From assembly GCA_963809485.1 (NCBI GenBank), contig CAWEJX010000008.1, positions 512,001 through 576,000 on the forward strand: DNA of 64,000 bases. The letters run 5' to 3'. The position numbers and the translations under genes were made by a program. Positions 18,587-30,222 of the stretch are shown one piece after another. Under the pieces are notes generated by a model that saw only the letters and a program-made list of their open reading frames with translations, did not search any database and was not told the DNA's origin. Source of the DNA: an uncultured Acidobacteriota bacterium (GTDB lineage: Bacteria; Acidobacteriota; UBA6911). Every line of letters starts with the position of its first letter. Positions within the stretch are counted from its first letter, which is position 1.

Positions 18587-21500
18587 CTAATGTGTGATGT
18601 ATTCTACATTTAACTTGGGCGCGCTGCTAGGATTCGTATCGAAGGGGATTGCTGATCGAAGTCCAGTCCCCGTGATGATGATCGCCAAAGAATTGCCACT
18701 TACCCAACCAGGTCGATTCACAATTTCCTGAATGATCAAAGATATATCGGGAGTTTTCTCTCTGGGACCCGTTTCTCCTTTGGCTGTCCATGCTTCAGGA
18801 GACCAAGGAATGGCTGTTGAAGTCCTTGTTCTGGAAGATATATTCCTTGCAGGAGAGGCAAAGACAAGTGCGTTATCTGTGTTTTGACCCTCAATTATGA
18901 GAGATGTAACCGCAGAGGCTTTTCCTACTGCACTGAATTGTATATAGGCATTGACGATCGTTGCTCCAGTGGGAATATTCACGCCGTTGAACCGAATGCC
19001 TATGGTTTGGTTACCCGTTGCCTTCTGAACCATTTCAAGATCTGTGCTTGTGAGATTCATTACCCCACTATAACTCTCTTCTGCGTCATCTGCGCGGGCT
19101 GCAACAGGTATGAGCAAGACTCGGACATCAGGTGCATTGATTGCAAAAGTCTGGGCATTCGAGGTCCCCCCTCCCGGGACAGGATTGAATACGGTTACGC
19201 TCGCGGTCTCTGCGCTGGCGATGTCCGAGGCAGAGACCGAGGCCGTCAGCTGCGTCCCACTTACATAGGTCGTCGCCCGGTCTGCTCCATTCCAGCGCAC
19301 TACGGAACTCGAGATGAAGCTGCTGCCGTTGACGGTGAGAGCAAAGGCCGGACCGCCGGCTGTGGCCGAAGCGGGGCTCAGGCTCGTCGTTGCGGGCACC
19401 GGATTGTCGGCAGCAGTTGATCGTGAAGGTCTGCGCGTTCGAGGTTCCGCCGCCCGGGACAGGATTGAATACGGTCACACTCGCCGCTCCCAACACCGGC
19501 TATGTCAGAGGCCAGGATCGAGGCCGTAAGCTGCGTCGCATTCACATAGGCCGTCGTCCGGTCCGCTCCATTCCAGCGCACTATCGAACCGGAGATGAAA
19601 TTCGCTGCCGTTAACCGTAATCGTAAAGGCTGGACCGCCAGCCGTGGCCGAAGCGGGGCTCAGGCTCGTCGTTGCGGGCACCGGATTGTCGAAAGCGTTG
19701 ATCGTGAAGGTCTGCGCGTTCGAGGTCCCGCCTCCCGGGGCAGGATTGAATACGGTCACACTCGCCGTTCCCGCACCGGCTATGTCAGAGGCCGGGATCG
19801 AGGCCGTAAGCTGCGTCGCATTCACATAGGCCGTCACCCGGTCCGCTCCATTCCAGCGCACTATCGAACTCGAGATGAAGTTGCTGCCGTTAATTGTGAG
19901 AGTAAAAGCCGGACCCCCAGCTGTGGCCGAAGCGGGGCTCAGGCTCGTCGTTGTCGGGCACCGGATTGTCGGCAGCGTTGAGCGTGAAGGTCTGCGCGTT
20001 CGAGGTTCCGCCGCCCGGGACAGGATTGAATACGGTCACATTCGCCGTTCCCGTGCCGGCTATATCAGAGGCCGGGATCGAGGCCGTAAGCTGCGTCGCA
20101 TTCACATAGGCCGTCACCCGGTCCGCCCCATTCCAGCGCACTATAGAACTCGAGATGAAGTTGCTGCCGTTAATGGTGAGAGTAAAATCTGGGCCGCCGG
20201 CTGTGGCCGAAGCGGGGCTCAGGCTCGTCGTTGCGGGCACTGGATTGTCAGCAGTGTTGATCGTGAAGGTCTGCGCGTTCGAAGTCCCGCCTCCCGGCGT
20301 GGGATTAAAGACTGTCACGCTCGCGGTCCCTGAATTGGCTATGTCAGAGGCAGAGATCGAGGCCGTCAGCTGCGTCGCACTTAAATAGGTCGTAGCCCGG
20401 TCCGCCCCGTTCCAGCGCACTATAGAACTCGAGCTGAAGCTGCTGCCGTTAACGGTAAGAGTAAAATCAGGGCCGCCGGCTGTGGCCGAAGCGGGGCTCA
20501 GGCTCGTCGTCGCGGGCACTGGATTGTCGGCAGCGTTGATCGTGAAGGTCTGTGCGTTCGAAGTCCCGCCTCCCGGCGTGGGATTAAAGACTGTCACGCT
20601 CGCGGTCCCTGAATTGGCTATGTCAGAGGCAGAGATCGAGGCCGTCAGCTGCGTCGCACTCACTAGGTCGTCACCCGGTCCGCTCCGTTCCAGCGCACTA
20701 CAGAACTCGAGATGAAGCTGCTGCCGTTAACGGTGAGAGTAAAAGTCAGACCGCCGGCTGTGGCCGAAGCGGGACTCAGGCTCGTCGTCGCGGGCACCGG
20801 ATTGTCGGCAGCGCTGATCGTAAAGGTCTGCGCGTTCGAGGTCCCCCCTCCCGGCGCGGGATTAAAGACGGTCACGCTCGCAGTCCCTGCACTGGCGATG
20901 TCCGAGGCAGAGATCGAGGCCGTCAGCTGCGTCGCACTCAAATAGGTCGTCGCCCGGTCCGCTCCGTTCCAGCGCACTACAGAACTCGAGGTGAAGCTGC
21001 TGCCGTCGACGGTGAGAGTAAAAGCCAGACCGCCGGCTGTGGCCGAAGCGGGACTCAGACTCGTCGTCGCAGGCACCGGATTGTCGGCAGCGTTGATCGT
21101 GAAGGTCTGTGCGTTCGAAGTCCCGCCTCCCGGGACAGGACTGAATACCGTCACACTCGCGGTCCCTGCACTGGCTATGTCCGAGGCTGGGATCGAGGCC
21201 GTCAGCTGCGTCGCACTCAAACAGGTCGTCGCCCGGTCCGCTCCGTTCCAGCGCACCATGGAAACGGACACAAAACTCGCACCATTAACCGTAAGCGTGA
21301 AGCCTGATCCGCCGGCTGTGGCCGAAGCGGGACTCAGGTTCGTCGTTTCCGGCACCGGATTGTCGGCGGCGTTGATCGTAAAGGTCTGCGCGTTCGAGGT
21401 TCCCCCTCCTGGAGCAGGACTGAATACGGTCACACTCGCGGTCCCTGCTACTTCTATATCCGAAGCCAGGATCACTGCGGTTAATTGCGTCGAAGAATCA

Positions 21501-22918
21501 ACTGTCGTAACTCTATCCGCCCGGTTCCAGCGTACTATTGAGCCAGATACAAAGCCGGTGCCATTAACCACAAGATTGAATGTCGCGTCCCTTGCTGTTG
21601 CCGCTGCGGGACTCAGGCTCGTCGTTGCAGGCACCGGATTGTCGGCAGCGTCGATCATGAATGTCTGTGCGCTTGAGGTCCCGCCTCCCGGGGCAGGATT
21701 AAATACGGTCACATTCGCTGTCCCTGAATTGGCTATGTCAGCTGCAGGAATAGAGGCTGTAAGCTGCGTTGGACTCAAATAGGTCGTTGCCCGGTCCGCT
21801 CCGTTCCATCGAACTACAGAGCTCAAGATGAAGTTGCTGCCGTTGACGGTGAGAGTAAAAGCCGGACCTCCGGCCCTGGCCGAAGCGGGGTTTAGGCTTG
21901 TAGCTGAAGGCATCGGATTGTCGAGCGGGGGAAACGAAATTTCATATAACTTGCCATCATTCTCCAAGGGATTTTGGCCGTTATCAACACCGCGAGCCAC
22001 AATGTAGAGATTCTTCTGTGTGGGATTTTTGCTCGCCGGAGCATAAACCATGCCGCCGCCTGCACCCAATGACACCACGCGGGAAGCATCGATATAGCGG
22101 AGAAGCGTCCCATCAATCGTTGTCTCGGCAATTTTTCTTTTATAGCTCATGACGTATAAGTGACCATTTTCCGAATTGAACGCGATGCCTTCCGGGTCCA
22201 ATATTCCAAGGGCACTCGTATCAAAGTGCGTAACGACATCATCTCCAGCGGGTGGTATTCCGTCGAACACACCATTGAGACCTGGCGAGATGTCATAAAC
22301 TTCGGTGCCCTCACCGTCGGCAATGAGCAAATGACCTCTCGAAGCATCGAAAGTGATATCCTCCGGATCATCACTTCCAAAAGACCTGGTGCTAAAATAC
22401 GTAACAACATCATCTGCCGTGTTGTAGGCTGCATCCTGCCCCGGATTTAGAATGAATACTCTCCCCCAATTGTCGTCCGCAAAAAATAGAAACCTGCTCA
22501 CCGGATCGAAGCTGACGCCCGTCGGCTCATGCGAAAAGGGTATCGTTGTAAGAGTGCCAACCAGCTGACCTGATAATGTCACATCAAACAGGTTGACGCC
22601 CGCAAAGTATGGCGGCATTTCATCAACTTCACTGTCGCATATCAACAGCCTATCGGAATCGGGGATGTAGGTCAGGCCAGCCGGATCAGGGCTTGGTGGG
22701 GAAAAAGCCGAAGTCTCAATGATGCGTTCCAATGTTGCTTGAACAACGGGAGTCTGTGCAGAAACAGGAAGGGCTAATAGGGAACCGTGCATTAGAAATA
22801 TCAAGAGTAAATTCTGGATTATTTTGTTTTTTCTTAAAAACCTGTGATGAGACAAGGCGTCCTCCTGTCTGGCTTGTTTTTTTCGCTCGCTTCCCACGTC
22901 TTCAAGCAGTTTTTGCAT
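18587..22918 (-). CDS. Large secreted protein: SdiA-regulated-like propeller, 10 IPT/TIG repeats, C-terminal carbohydrate-binding-like domain (about 1,440 aa, split by about 5 single-base indels)
   Basis: DPEDIT/DPEGIA repeats; DNPVP units every 279 nt; C-terminal DDAEE..GIRF.GVNIP.GATI.NAYIQF; four ORF fragments join. Confidence 0.85.
19135..21922 (-). repeat. Ten 279-bp coding tandem repeats (93 aa IPT/TIG)
   Basis: GGATTGTC anchor near 19401, 19683, 19963, 20242, 20521, 20799, 21078, 21357, 21636, 21915. Confidence 0.92.
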
Positions 22919-22968
22919 GCCTCTTACACTGCCTTTTCTTATTCATACCCCTTCGAAGAGATTCCGGA

Positions 22969-23454
22969 TTACTTCTTCGCTCCCGCCCGTCTAAGAACAT
23001 TTTCAATTTCGCGTTGGTTTTTTCGAACAGCGTGCGTCAATGCTGTCGACCCATCGTATGCATCCTTAGCATTGACGTCGGCCCCTTGGGCCAAGAGTTC
23101 TCTGACAATGCTAAGGTGACCGTTCCTTGAAGCACAAATCAATGCTGTTACGCCATATCTCTTCTTGGCGTTGATGTCGGCGCCTTGAGCCAGGAGCTCC
23201 CGGACGACATCAAGGTGACCTTCCTTGGAGGCATAGATTAATGCGGACCAGCCATATTCGTCCGTGGCATTAACACTGGCCCCTTTGGCAAGGAGTAGTT
23301 TTACGGTATGAAGGTCGCCGCATGTTGCGGCTTTAAGCAAGTCCTCATCTATTCCAGCGGTGGCAAAAGCTGTCCATAGCATTACTATGGATATGATGAT
23401 CATTTTTGCGCTTATCCTGCGGGCTTTCAGCTCCATCGTCTTACCTGATACCAT
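22969..23454 (-). CDS. Secreted ankyrin-repeat protein
   Basis: G.SALIYA..GH..VV.ELL..GADIN repeats; signal-like N-terminus. Confidence 0.9.
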   Translation of the reverse strand: MVSGKTMELKARRISAKMIIISIVMLWTAFATAGIDEDLLKAATCGDLHTVKLLLAKGASVNATDEYGWSALIYASKEGHLDVVRELLAQGADINAKKRYGVTALICASRNGHLSIVRELLAQGADVNAKDAYDGSTALTHAVRKNQREIENVLRRAGAKK

Positions 23455-24349
23455 GTTGGACCCCCTTTTCGCGTCTTCTATGGAAGTGCCCCTCTCGCTT
23501 ACGAATGCCGCTCTCCTCATTCCCTAAAAGATGGAAGAAGCGCTGTCGTCAGGTTTCGAATACGGTATTTGCTTTCAAACTCTGCATGAGAAAGAACTAA
23601 TGATTGAGCCCGTCTCTGAAGGTCATCTTCCTCCTGAAAACGCCCCCCTTCCTCGGCAATAATGCGTTAAAAATTTATGCCTGCCAGATAGGCCCCTATC
23701 GCATCGATGGCATTCGATCACTCGATTGTTCTCCGCATGATAACTACGGATTTTTCAGTATGGCTGCTTCCTCATGGCGTACGTCATGGGTGAGGCAATC
23801 AGGACTCTCAAGAGGGTACAGTGATGAAAGGAGGTATCACCAGCATCACCACCTGCTCGGTTTTCCTATTGTGTTTGACTATATCATCCAATTTCCATTT
23901 ACCCCAAACGCATTGGGATTAACGCATTTTAATTATCGCATGATAATTTGGTGCAAGGATCAGGCCCAGCCGTGTCGGCAGTAGTACTCAAATGTGGCCC
24001 CTGGCATCCATCGGCGGGTCGAATGGCCGCTAGGCAAGGCCCAGCATCCAAATCCTATGTTCCTCAACTCCGCGAATCCTGTCTAACACACAAGTGTTAC
24101 CAACATATTTCCTCAGGCTAATGATGTCTATGGCACTATGGTAGAGTCCTTAATTAGCCCTTTGGTACCATAAGGGCAGGAACCAAAACCTTTATCCGAG
24201 ACTTTTTGGCATAATTCAGAGAAGATTTGTCTAAATCCCTGTTACCGTCATATCCTGAAACAGGCTGATTCCTGAAAAGAAGGTCAGGCGTCAAACTGTT
24301 CAAAATGCAACAGCGATGATGCTCTCATCGCAGCGGCATCGTCCGCTGG

Positions 24350-24860
24350 GATCTCAAAGCCGGGGCTAAGCGCATGGGATTCGGCCTTGCGCAGAATTGC
24401 ACCTTGGCCCATGGCAGGCACAACGAGCTAATCGCCGATGGCAAGCCCTCCCATGGCCGGCCACCTCGCGAAGGCAGGATATCTGCTCGCAACACACGAT
24501 ATCGACCGCGCAAAAGCAAATGCCCAAGCGGCGCAACTGGTCTTCATGGTGGGCGGAGAAAAGGAGCCCGTCAACAGGGTGATGCCGCTGCTCGAGCTCA
24601 TGGGGAAGAAGGCATTCCACCTCGGTCCCATAGGAGCTGGGCATGCCATGAAATGCATAAATAACCTAATCACGGCGATCACGTTTATGGCGACCACAGA
24701 AGGTTTGATCGTGGGTAAGGAATTCGGCCTTGATCCGGATGTAATGACCGACGTGCTGAGCGTCTCCACCGGAATGCCCTGGATCAGCCAGACTCAATTC
24801 AAACAGCGCATCATGATCAGGAAATTCGACGATCCCTTCCGGCTCGAGCAAATGACCCAA
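24350..24860 (+). pseudogene. 3-hydroxyisobutyrate/6-phosphogluconate dehydrogenase-family fragment
   Basis: PMAGHLAKAGY, LVFMVGG, GPIGAGHAMKCINN; middle missing and 3' end cut at repeat B. Confidence 0.8.
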
Positions 24861-24881
24861 ACGGAAATAACCTCGGTCCCA

Positions 24882-24972
24882 TCGGATCAACGACCCCTAG
24901 AAAAAATTCAGCGTTCGTCGGCGTTTCCCTCAGCGTGAGTCAGCGTTATCAAAGCTGAGGAATTCCCGATGA
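24882..24972 (+). repeat. ~90-bp direct repeat B
   Basis: Matches 17581-17671. Confidence 0.9.
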
Positions 24973-25080
24973 ATTAGCTTTCAATAAATTCGTGAGAATT
25001 CATTGCCTTTGTTGTTCTATACTACCGCCAGCCATCGCATCGAAATATCTGAGGCTCTGGAATTTATAGGAGATTTGACC

Positions 25081-27543
25081 TTGCCAGAAAAATACCGGCC
25101 GTGGACCTGGAAGATACCCGAGGGCAGTTCCGAAGCAAAACGCAGCATGACGCGCCAGGATGGTTTCGAGCGCGTCAGCGGAACCGCGGTCTACACCAGG
25201 GACATCCATCTTCCAGGGATGCTCTATGCGAAGACCTACACGTCTCCCTACGCTCATGCCAAAATCCTAAGCATGGACACAAGCGCCGCCCGGGCGCTGG
25301 AGGGCGTGCGCGACATCCTCCGCTTTGACGATCCCGAAGTCGTGGAGGAGAATGTTACCGGAACCGACGCCCACTACAACATCCTCACCCTGCCCGGCAT
25401 CAGCGACTTTTATCAGCATCCCATGGGCATGGTGGTCGTGGCGGACAGCGAAGAGATATGCGACCAGGCGCTGAAGCTCATAAAAATTGAATGGGAAGAG
25501 CGGCCGTTCGTCCTGGATTTCGAGGAAGCCCTGAAGCCGGACGCTCCAAAAATCTGGAGCGAGGTGGAGCGCCTCAGGCGTACGGCCAAAGAGCCCAACA
25601 CCATTATTACGGAAAGCGTCGAAATCGGGGATGTCGAAAAAGGCTTCGCCGAGGCAGACAAGATCATCGAATACAAGATAACGAGGGCTACAAATTCGAC
25701 CGCGGGCGTCGAAGCCATGGCCTGCGTGGCGCAATGGCGAGGGGAGTTCCTGGATCTCTGGGTGCATCATCAATATAACCAGGTGCCCTATATCACCAGC
25801 GAAACCAATCCTCAGATGCAGTTCGACGGGGATGATATGGATTTTCCCGCCCAGATGCCGAGCAATTTCGGCCGCATGCCCAGCAAAAGAAAACGTCTGC
25901 CTCCGCTCGTTCACTGGTCCAAACTGACGCTGACCTATCCCTTCCAGGGATCCTGGTTTGGAGGGGTGACATGGCTGGCATATTCCGCGGGATTTATCCG
26001 GCTGGCCGTCATCCTGGCCAGGAGGGCGGGCGGCAGGCCGGTGAAGATGCTTTACGACGAAAGCCAGTTTTACATCAACGGCGACGAAGCCGGCACCTAC
26101 ACGTGTAAAATCGGCGCAAAAAAGGACGGGACGGTCACTGCCTACGACTGGCACACGGTGGGGATGAGAAATCCCGGCATCGACAAAACACCCGAATGCA
26201 CAAAAATACACAACATACGGGGCCGGGAGTCCTGGGCGTTCACTAATCAGGGCCACCATCAGTGTTACAGGCATGGGGCTGCAGCGTGCATTCCTCACAA
26301 TTTGATGTTCGCCCGCGTGGCGGCCGAATTCGGGCTCGATCCCACAGAGGTTGCGCTGAAGAACGACGGCTGCGGCGGCCATTCTTGGGATTGGGTCACC
26401 GAATACCAGAAGGAAAATGGTTTTCCGCAAAGGCACAGTCTTAAAGAGGTGATCGATCTCGGCAAAAAGGCCATCGGCTGGGATGAAAAGTGGCATCCTC
26501 CCGGGGCGCGGAAACTCCCCAACGGTAGAATGCACGGGCTGGGATTCATGTCCATCCACGAATGGCAGGTGGGCATCTTTTCCGGGCCTGCGCCGCCGCT
26601 GGCCTGCCTTATATTACGCGATGGTAAGGTCGCGATTATCGCGACACGCTGCGATATGGGAATCGATTCGGAATCCGGATACCGCATGTGCGTAGCTTCC
26701 GAATCGGGAATGAAGTACGAAGATACTGTTATACAGGTGCGCCGCTCCGATAATAACGCCTATGTCTTTCCAGGTCCCGGCGGCTCCTTCGGCACAACAG
26801 GCACGACGCCTCAACTCGTGCTGGCCGCCCGGGAACTGAAACGAAAAATCCTCCAGTATGCCGTAATGCCGAGATCGACAATGAAGGGTCCCGGGGAGCC
26901 CTTCTTCGCCGGCAGGAAGCTTGAGGATCTCGACATCCGGGATAGTTATATATTCGAGAAGGCAAATCCGGAAAACAGGAAATCTGTTACAGAGGTAGCC
27001 AATCCATTCTGGAATGCCGACCCGGCAATCGTCCATCCTGCAGCGGGTTCATTGGGGGAATTGAAGTCGGAGGGCAAGCCGGATGGCCAGCTTCACTTTA
27101 TGGCCAGGCAGGCCCACTTCGTGGAGGTGGAGGTGGACACGGAGACCGGCCTGGTGGATGTAACCAATATGGTGTGCGTCAACGACGTGGGACATGTGTT
27201 CAATCCACAGGGCGCCATGGGCCAGCAGTACGGGGGCGCAATTATGGGCCTGGGCAGGTCCGCAACCGAGGAGAAGGTCTACTGTCCGAGGACCGGCGTC
27301 GGACTGAACTGGGATCATATAGGATATGCTTTGCCGAGCATGAGCGACTATCCGCCCGTCGAGTGCATCCTCAACGAGAGCCATCTGGGATATTCCACCT
27401 ACGGAGCATGCGGAATCGGCGAGAACGTCGGCGCGAGTGTTTCGGCCATCACGTCCCCTGCCCTATACAACGCAACAGGCAAATGGATCCTAGACTTCCC
27501 CATCACGCCCGAAAAAGTCCTTAAGGCCCTTGGAAAAATATAA
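25081..27543 (+). CDS. Xanthine dehydrogenase-family molybdopterin-binding subunit
   Basis: RQDGFERVSGTAVY..D..LPGMLY..SPYAHAKI, GPGGS, FVEVEVDTETG, GIGE, PITPEKVL; likely TTG start after AGGAG. Confidence 0.92.
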   Translation: MPEKYRPWTWKIPEGSSEAKRSMTRQDGFERVSGTAVYTRDIHLPGMLYAKTYTSPYAHAKILSMDTSAARALEGVRDILRFDDPEVVEENVTGTDAHYNILTLPGISDFYQHPMGMVVVADSEEICDQALKLIKIEWEERPFVLDFEEALKPDAPKIWSEVERLRRTAKEPNTIITESVEIGDVEKGFAEADKIIEYKITRATNSTAGVEAMACVAQWRGEFLDLWVHHQYNQVPYITSETNPQMQFDGDDMDFPAQMPSNFGRMPSKRKRLPPLVHWSKLTLTYPFQGSWFGGVTWLAYSAGFIRLAVILARRAGGRPVKMLYDESQFYINGDEAGTYTCKIGAKKDGTVTAYDWHTVGMRNPGIDKTPECTKIHNIRGRESWAFTNQGHHQCYRHGAAACIPHNLMFARVAAEFGLDPTEVALKNDGCGGHSWDWVTEYQKENGFPQRHSLKEVIDLGKKAIGWDEKWHPPGARKLPNGRMHGLGFMSIHEWQVGIFSGPAPPLACLILRDGKVAIIATRCDMGIDSESGYRMCVASESGMKYEDTVIQVRRSDNNAYVFPGPGGSFGTTGTTPQLVLAARELKRKILQYAVMPRSTMKGPGEPFFAGRKLEDLDIRDSYIFEKANPENRKSVTEVANPFWNADPAIVHPAAGSLGELKSEGKPDGQLHFMARQAHFVEVEVDTETGLVDVTNMVCVNDVGHVFNPQGAMGQQYGGAIMGLGRSATEEKVYCPRTGVGLNWDHIGYALPSMSDYPPVECILNESHLGYSTYGACGIGENVGASVSAITSPALYNATGKWILDFPITPEKVLKALGKI

Positions 27544-27559
27544 GCGATCCGTTTTTGAT

Positions 27560-27582
27560 AGGGGCGGTCTGCAGACCGCCCG
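27560..27582. repeat. GTAG-type REP-like hairpin or terminator
   Basis: GGGCGGTCT-gc-AGACCGCCC. Confidence 0.55.
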
Positions 27583-27680
27583 TCAGGCAATAACCAGATT
27601 ACGCCTTTCGAGCTGCTCTGTAGAGCCATCCTCACCCAATCAACACTAACTGCGCGAAAATCGTATTTTTTAATATTTTT

Positions 27681-27720
27681 TCAGCGTGCGTCAGCGTTTA
27701 TCGGCGTGCGTCAGCGTTAA
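27681..27720 (+). repeat. Four exact 10-nt-period units
   Basis: tcagcgtgcg/tcagcgttta/tcggcgtgcg/tcagcgttaa; 38/40 identical to 30223-30262. Confidence 0.9.
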
Positions 27721-27765
27721 GATCTATAAACGGGCATCCCAAATCTGGCAAATGGAGGCGTGGGG

Positions 27766-29735
27766 ATGATGATTGAAAAGACATTGGCCAAGATTGTCGG
27801 ATCGGGCAACGTCATCCGTAATCAGGCGGCGCTGGATGATTATCTTGCCATCAGGGATTCCCTGCCCGCCTGGGTGCTTTTCTACAACCTCGCGGCCTAT
27901 GAATATCTGCCGGAGGAAAGAATCAGCGGCCAGGTTCAGGATGCAATAGATCTTGCGCAACGGATAGGAGTAGATCAGGTAAAAGCGATAGGCAAAACAT
28001 CATGCGCAGGAGACCGTGAGGCGCCGAGCAAGGTCGTGCGGATACGAGGCTGCCAAGAACTCTGACCCGCACTGGAGCCGACAGGAGGTGCGTCACAATA
28101 TTCGAGGCAATACGCGTGGGGCTGGAGCGATCGTCTGCGGATTTGCAGGCATGATAGGCTCAGCCCTTGCATCGAAATACGGGATGCCATGAGCCGCCGG
28201 AGGACTTAAGCTCTGGTGCCCGTTCATCATAGAACGTTCCACTGATTCATTTGTGTTGGACGTCGAAGTCGTCGGGAGCCTGCCGGATGAGGCAACGATG
28301 CCCAAATGGTTGTTCTGGCTGTAACTTGCCTGAGCGTATGGCAATCAAAATGCATCCATCCATCGACGCTCTTCTTCCTCATCCGGTTCATGCATAGAAT
28401 CGTTCTCGGCATTTGCATTCTTGAGAGATTCGGTAATGGGCAGTCGGATTCTTCAGCCATATCGAATACCCAAGCTAGCGGATTTATAAGTGTCTTCTGA
28501 ATTTCAGAAAAGCTTCCTGCGTGGCTATTCTGAGGAGGGCGTTATGGGACTTGCGGATTATCGGAGGGAGATGGAGCTTTGCCACGCTGTTCAGCCTGCA
28601 AATTCATGCCCCTGGAGAAAGTCGAGAAATTCGAGCACGTAAACGTCTGCCCCAGCATTTCCAGATACAATTTTCACGCCTAATCAGGCGGCGGACGCAT
28701 GGTTTTCGGCGTGGCGATGCTGGAGAACCGGATCGACTATTCGGACAAGCTGCTCGAAATTGTCTACAACTGCCAGATGTGCGGCGCCTGCGACGTCTCC
28801 TGCAAGTATTCCCTGGACATGGAGGTGCTGGAGCCGCTCAATGCAATGCGGATTCAATGTGTGGAAGACGGCCACACATTCCTCCCCTTGACGCCACTGT
28901 CAACAGCCTGCGGAAGCAAGGCTCGATGGTTCCTGGCCCGAAAGCCAAGAAAAGCCAATGGGCCGATGGACTGAAGGTTAAGGACACCACAAAACAGAAG
29001 GCCAAAGTGCTTTATCACACTGGCTGCCGGACCAATTATGATAGGGATATGTGGCCGGCGGCCCAAGCCGCTGTTTCGCTGCTCCAGAAGGCGGGCGTTG
29101 ACCCTGGAATCCGCGGGGACAGCGAACTCTGCTGCGGCGGCCGCGCCTACCAGATGGGATACCAGGCGGATTTCCTCAAAACAGCCCAAAAGAACATCGA
29201 GCTGATGGGCTTCAACGTCGCCATGATGGCAGCCAACGTCTCAACCAGCAATGAAGAGGCCGTGAACATATTCAGACGTTCACCGACTCCGTTCAGGGAC
29301 CGGGATTGATGCTCATGATCGCGGGGACATCTGCAAGGGACTTTGAATATAAAAAGAAGGTGCTGTAGAAGATCATGGAGGAAACCGGCGCGTGGTCTCT
29401 GAAACCGGTTGAGGATCCTGAACTGGGCGCGGATTTTTGTGGCGGTTTATCCGGACGGTGGGATCGATTCGGGAGACTGCGCGAGCTTCGGGAACTGTAG
29501 CCCCCGTGGTTGGAGGCACGGATATCTTCCCCTTGATGACGCGGTATATCCTCGATAACTTCCGACGTCAAGCAAGACTTGATCAAGAAAGGCCTGTCGC
29601 TGGATGAAAGCGTCTATCCGTTCATCCAGTCATTGAGCATGGACATACGGGCACGGAGAAATACTTGTCGGTATGCTCCTCAAGTCCGGATTCAATACCC
29701 GACGTGCCTGGGACGCGATGCGCGAGGCCAACAGG
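27766..29735 (+). pseudogene. Decayed FAD-oxidoreductase / Fe-S (CCG-domain) oxidoreductase operon
   Basis: LAKIVGSGNV; from 28544 MGLADY..C..CSAC..CPS..YNFHA*SGGGR..CQMCGACDVSC, YHTGC, ELCCG; stops, frameshifts and large deletions. Confidence 0.75.
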
Positions 29736-29807
29736 AGAAACAGCCATGAGTTCCATCAACAGAGCGGATAGAGACGCAACTCGAAGGCATTCATCTTCGA
29801 ATTTTCC

Positions 29808-30143
29808 ATGGGCGCCGCCAGGCTGGCTGAAGGCTCGATTATGGTGAACTGCTCCTGGGTATGGGCGGGAGAGGATCCGGGCAGGATGGATGCTCATGCG
29901 CATCCCTATGCGGAGGTCATAGGATTTGCGGGGGGCGATCCCAGGCAGGCGGATGATCTTGGTGCGGAAGCCGAGATGTGGATGGATGACGAGAAGTATA
30001 TTCTGGATAAAAGCTTCCTGGTCTTTATCCCTCAGGGGCTAAAACACTGCCCCTTGATTCTCCGGAACATCAGGAAGGACATCTTTCATTTTGACATCCA
30101 GGTCACGCAAGGCGAATTCCGCGCCGTGCCGTTTAAAAAATAA
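29808..30143 (+). CDS. Cupin-like protein, paralog of 9204-9779 (5' end possibly frameshifted from ATG 29746)
   Basis: HAHPYAEVIGF.G.DP...LGAE.E...EKY......FIPQGLKHCP. Confidence 0.65.
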   Translation: MGAARLAEGSIMVNCSWVWAGEDPGRMDAHAHPYAEVIGFAGGDPRQADDLGAEAEMWMDDEKYILDKSFLVFIPQGLKHCPLILRNIRKDIFHFDIQVTQGEFRAVPFKK

Positions 30144-30166
30144 GGTGGAACGTGGAACGTGGAACG
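30144..30166. repeat. (GTGGAAC)x3 heptamer repeat
   Basis: Same unit as 501-528; starts immediately after a stop codon. Confidence 0.7.
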
Positions 30167-30222
30167 GACGATTTTGGCTTCCTATAGCCCATTTCCCTGC
30201 CGATATGAATATTTGCAGTTTT

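Noticed and set aside
19135-21922. Diversity-generating retroelement or programmed frameshifting in the IPT repeats
   Set aside because: Differences are mostly synonymous and not adenine-specific, there is no reverse transcriptase, and the indels lack slippery motifs.
23604-23984. 126-aa ORF in an AT-richer spacer
   Set aside because: TTG start, no RBS or motif; not supportable.
28544-29400. Selenocysteine or pyrrolysine readthrough in the Fe-S oxidoreductase
   Set aside because: The in-frame stop at 28681 is TAA at a probable Tyr position and is accompanied by frameshifts, which is ordinary decay.
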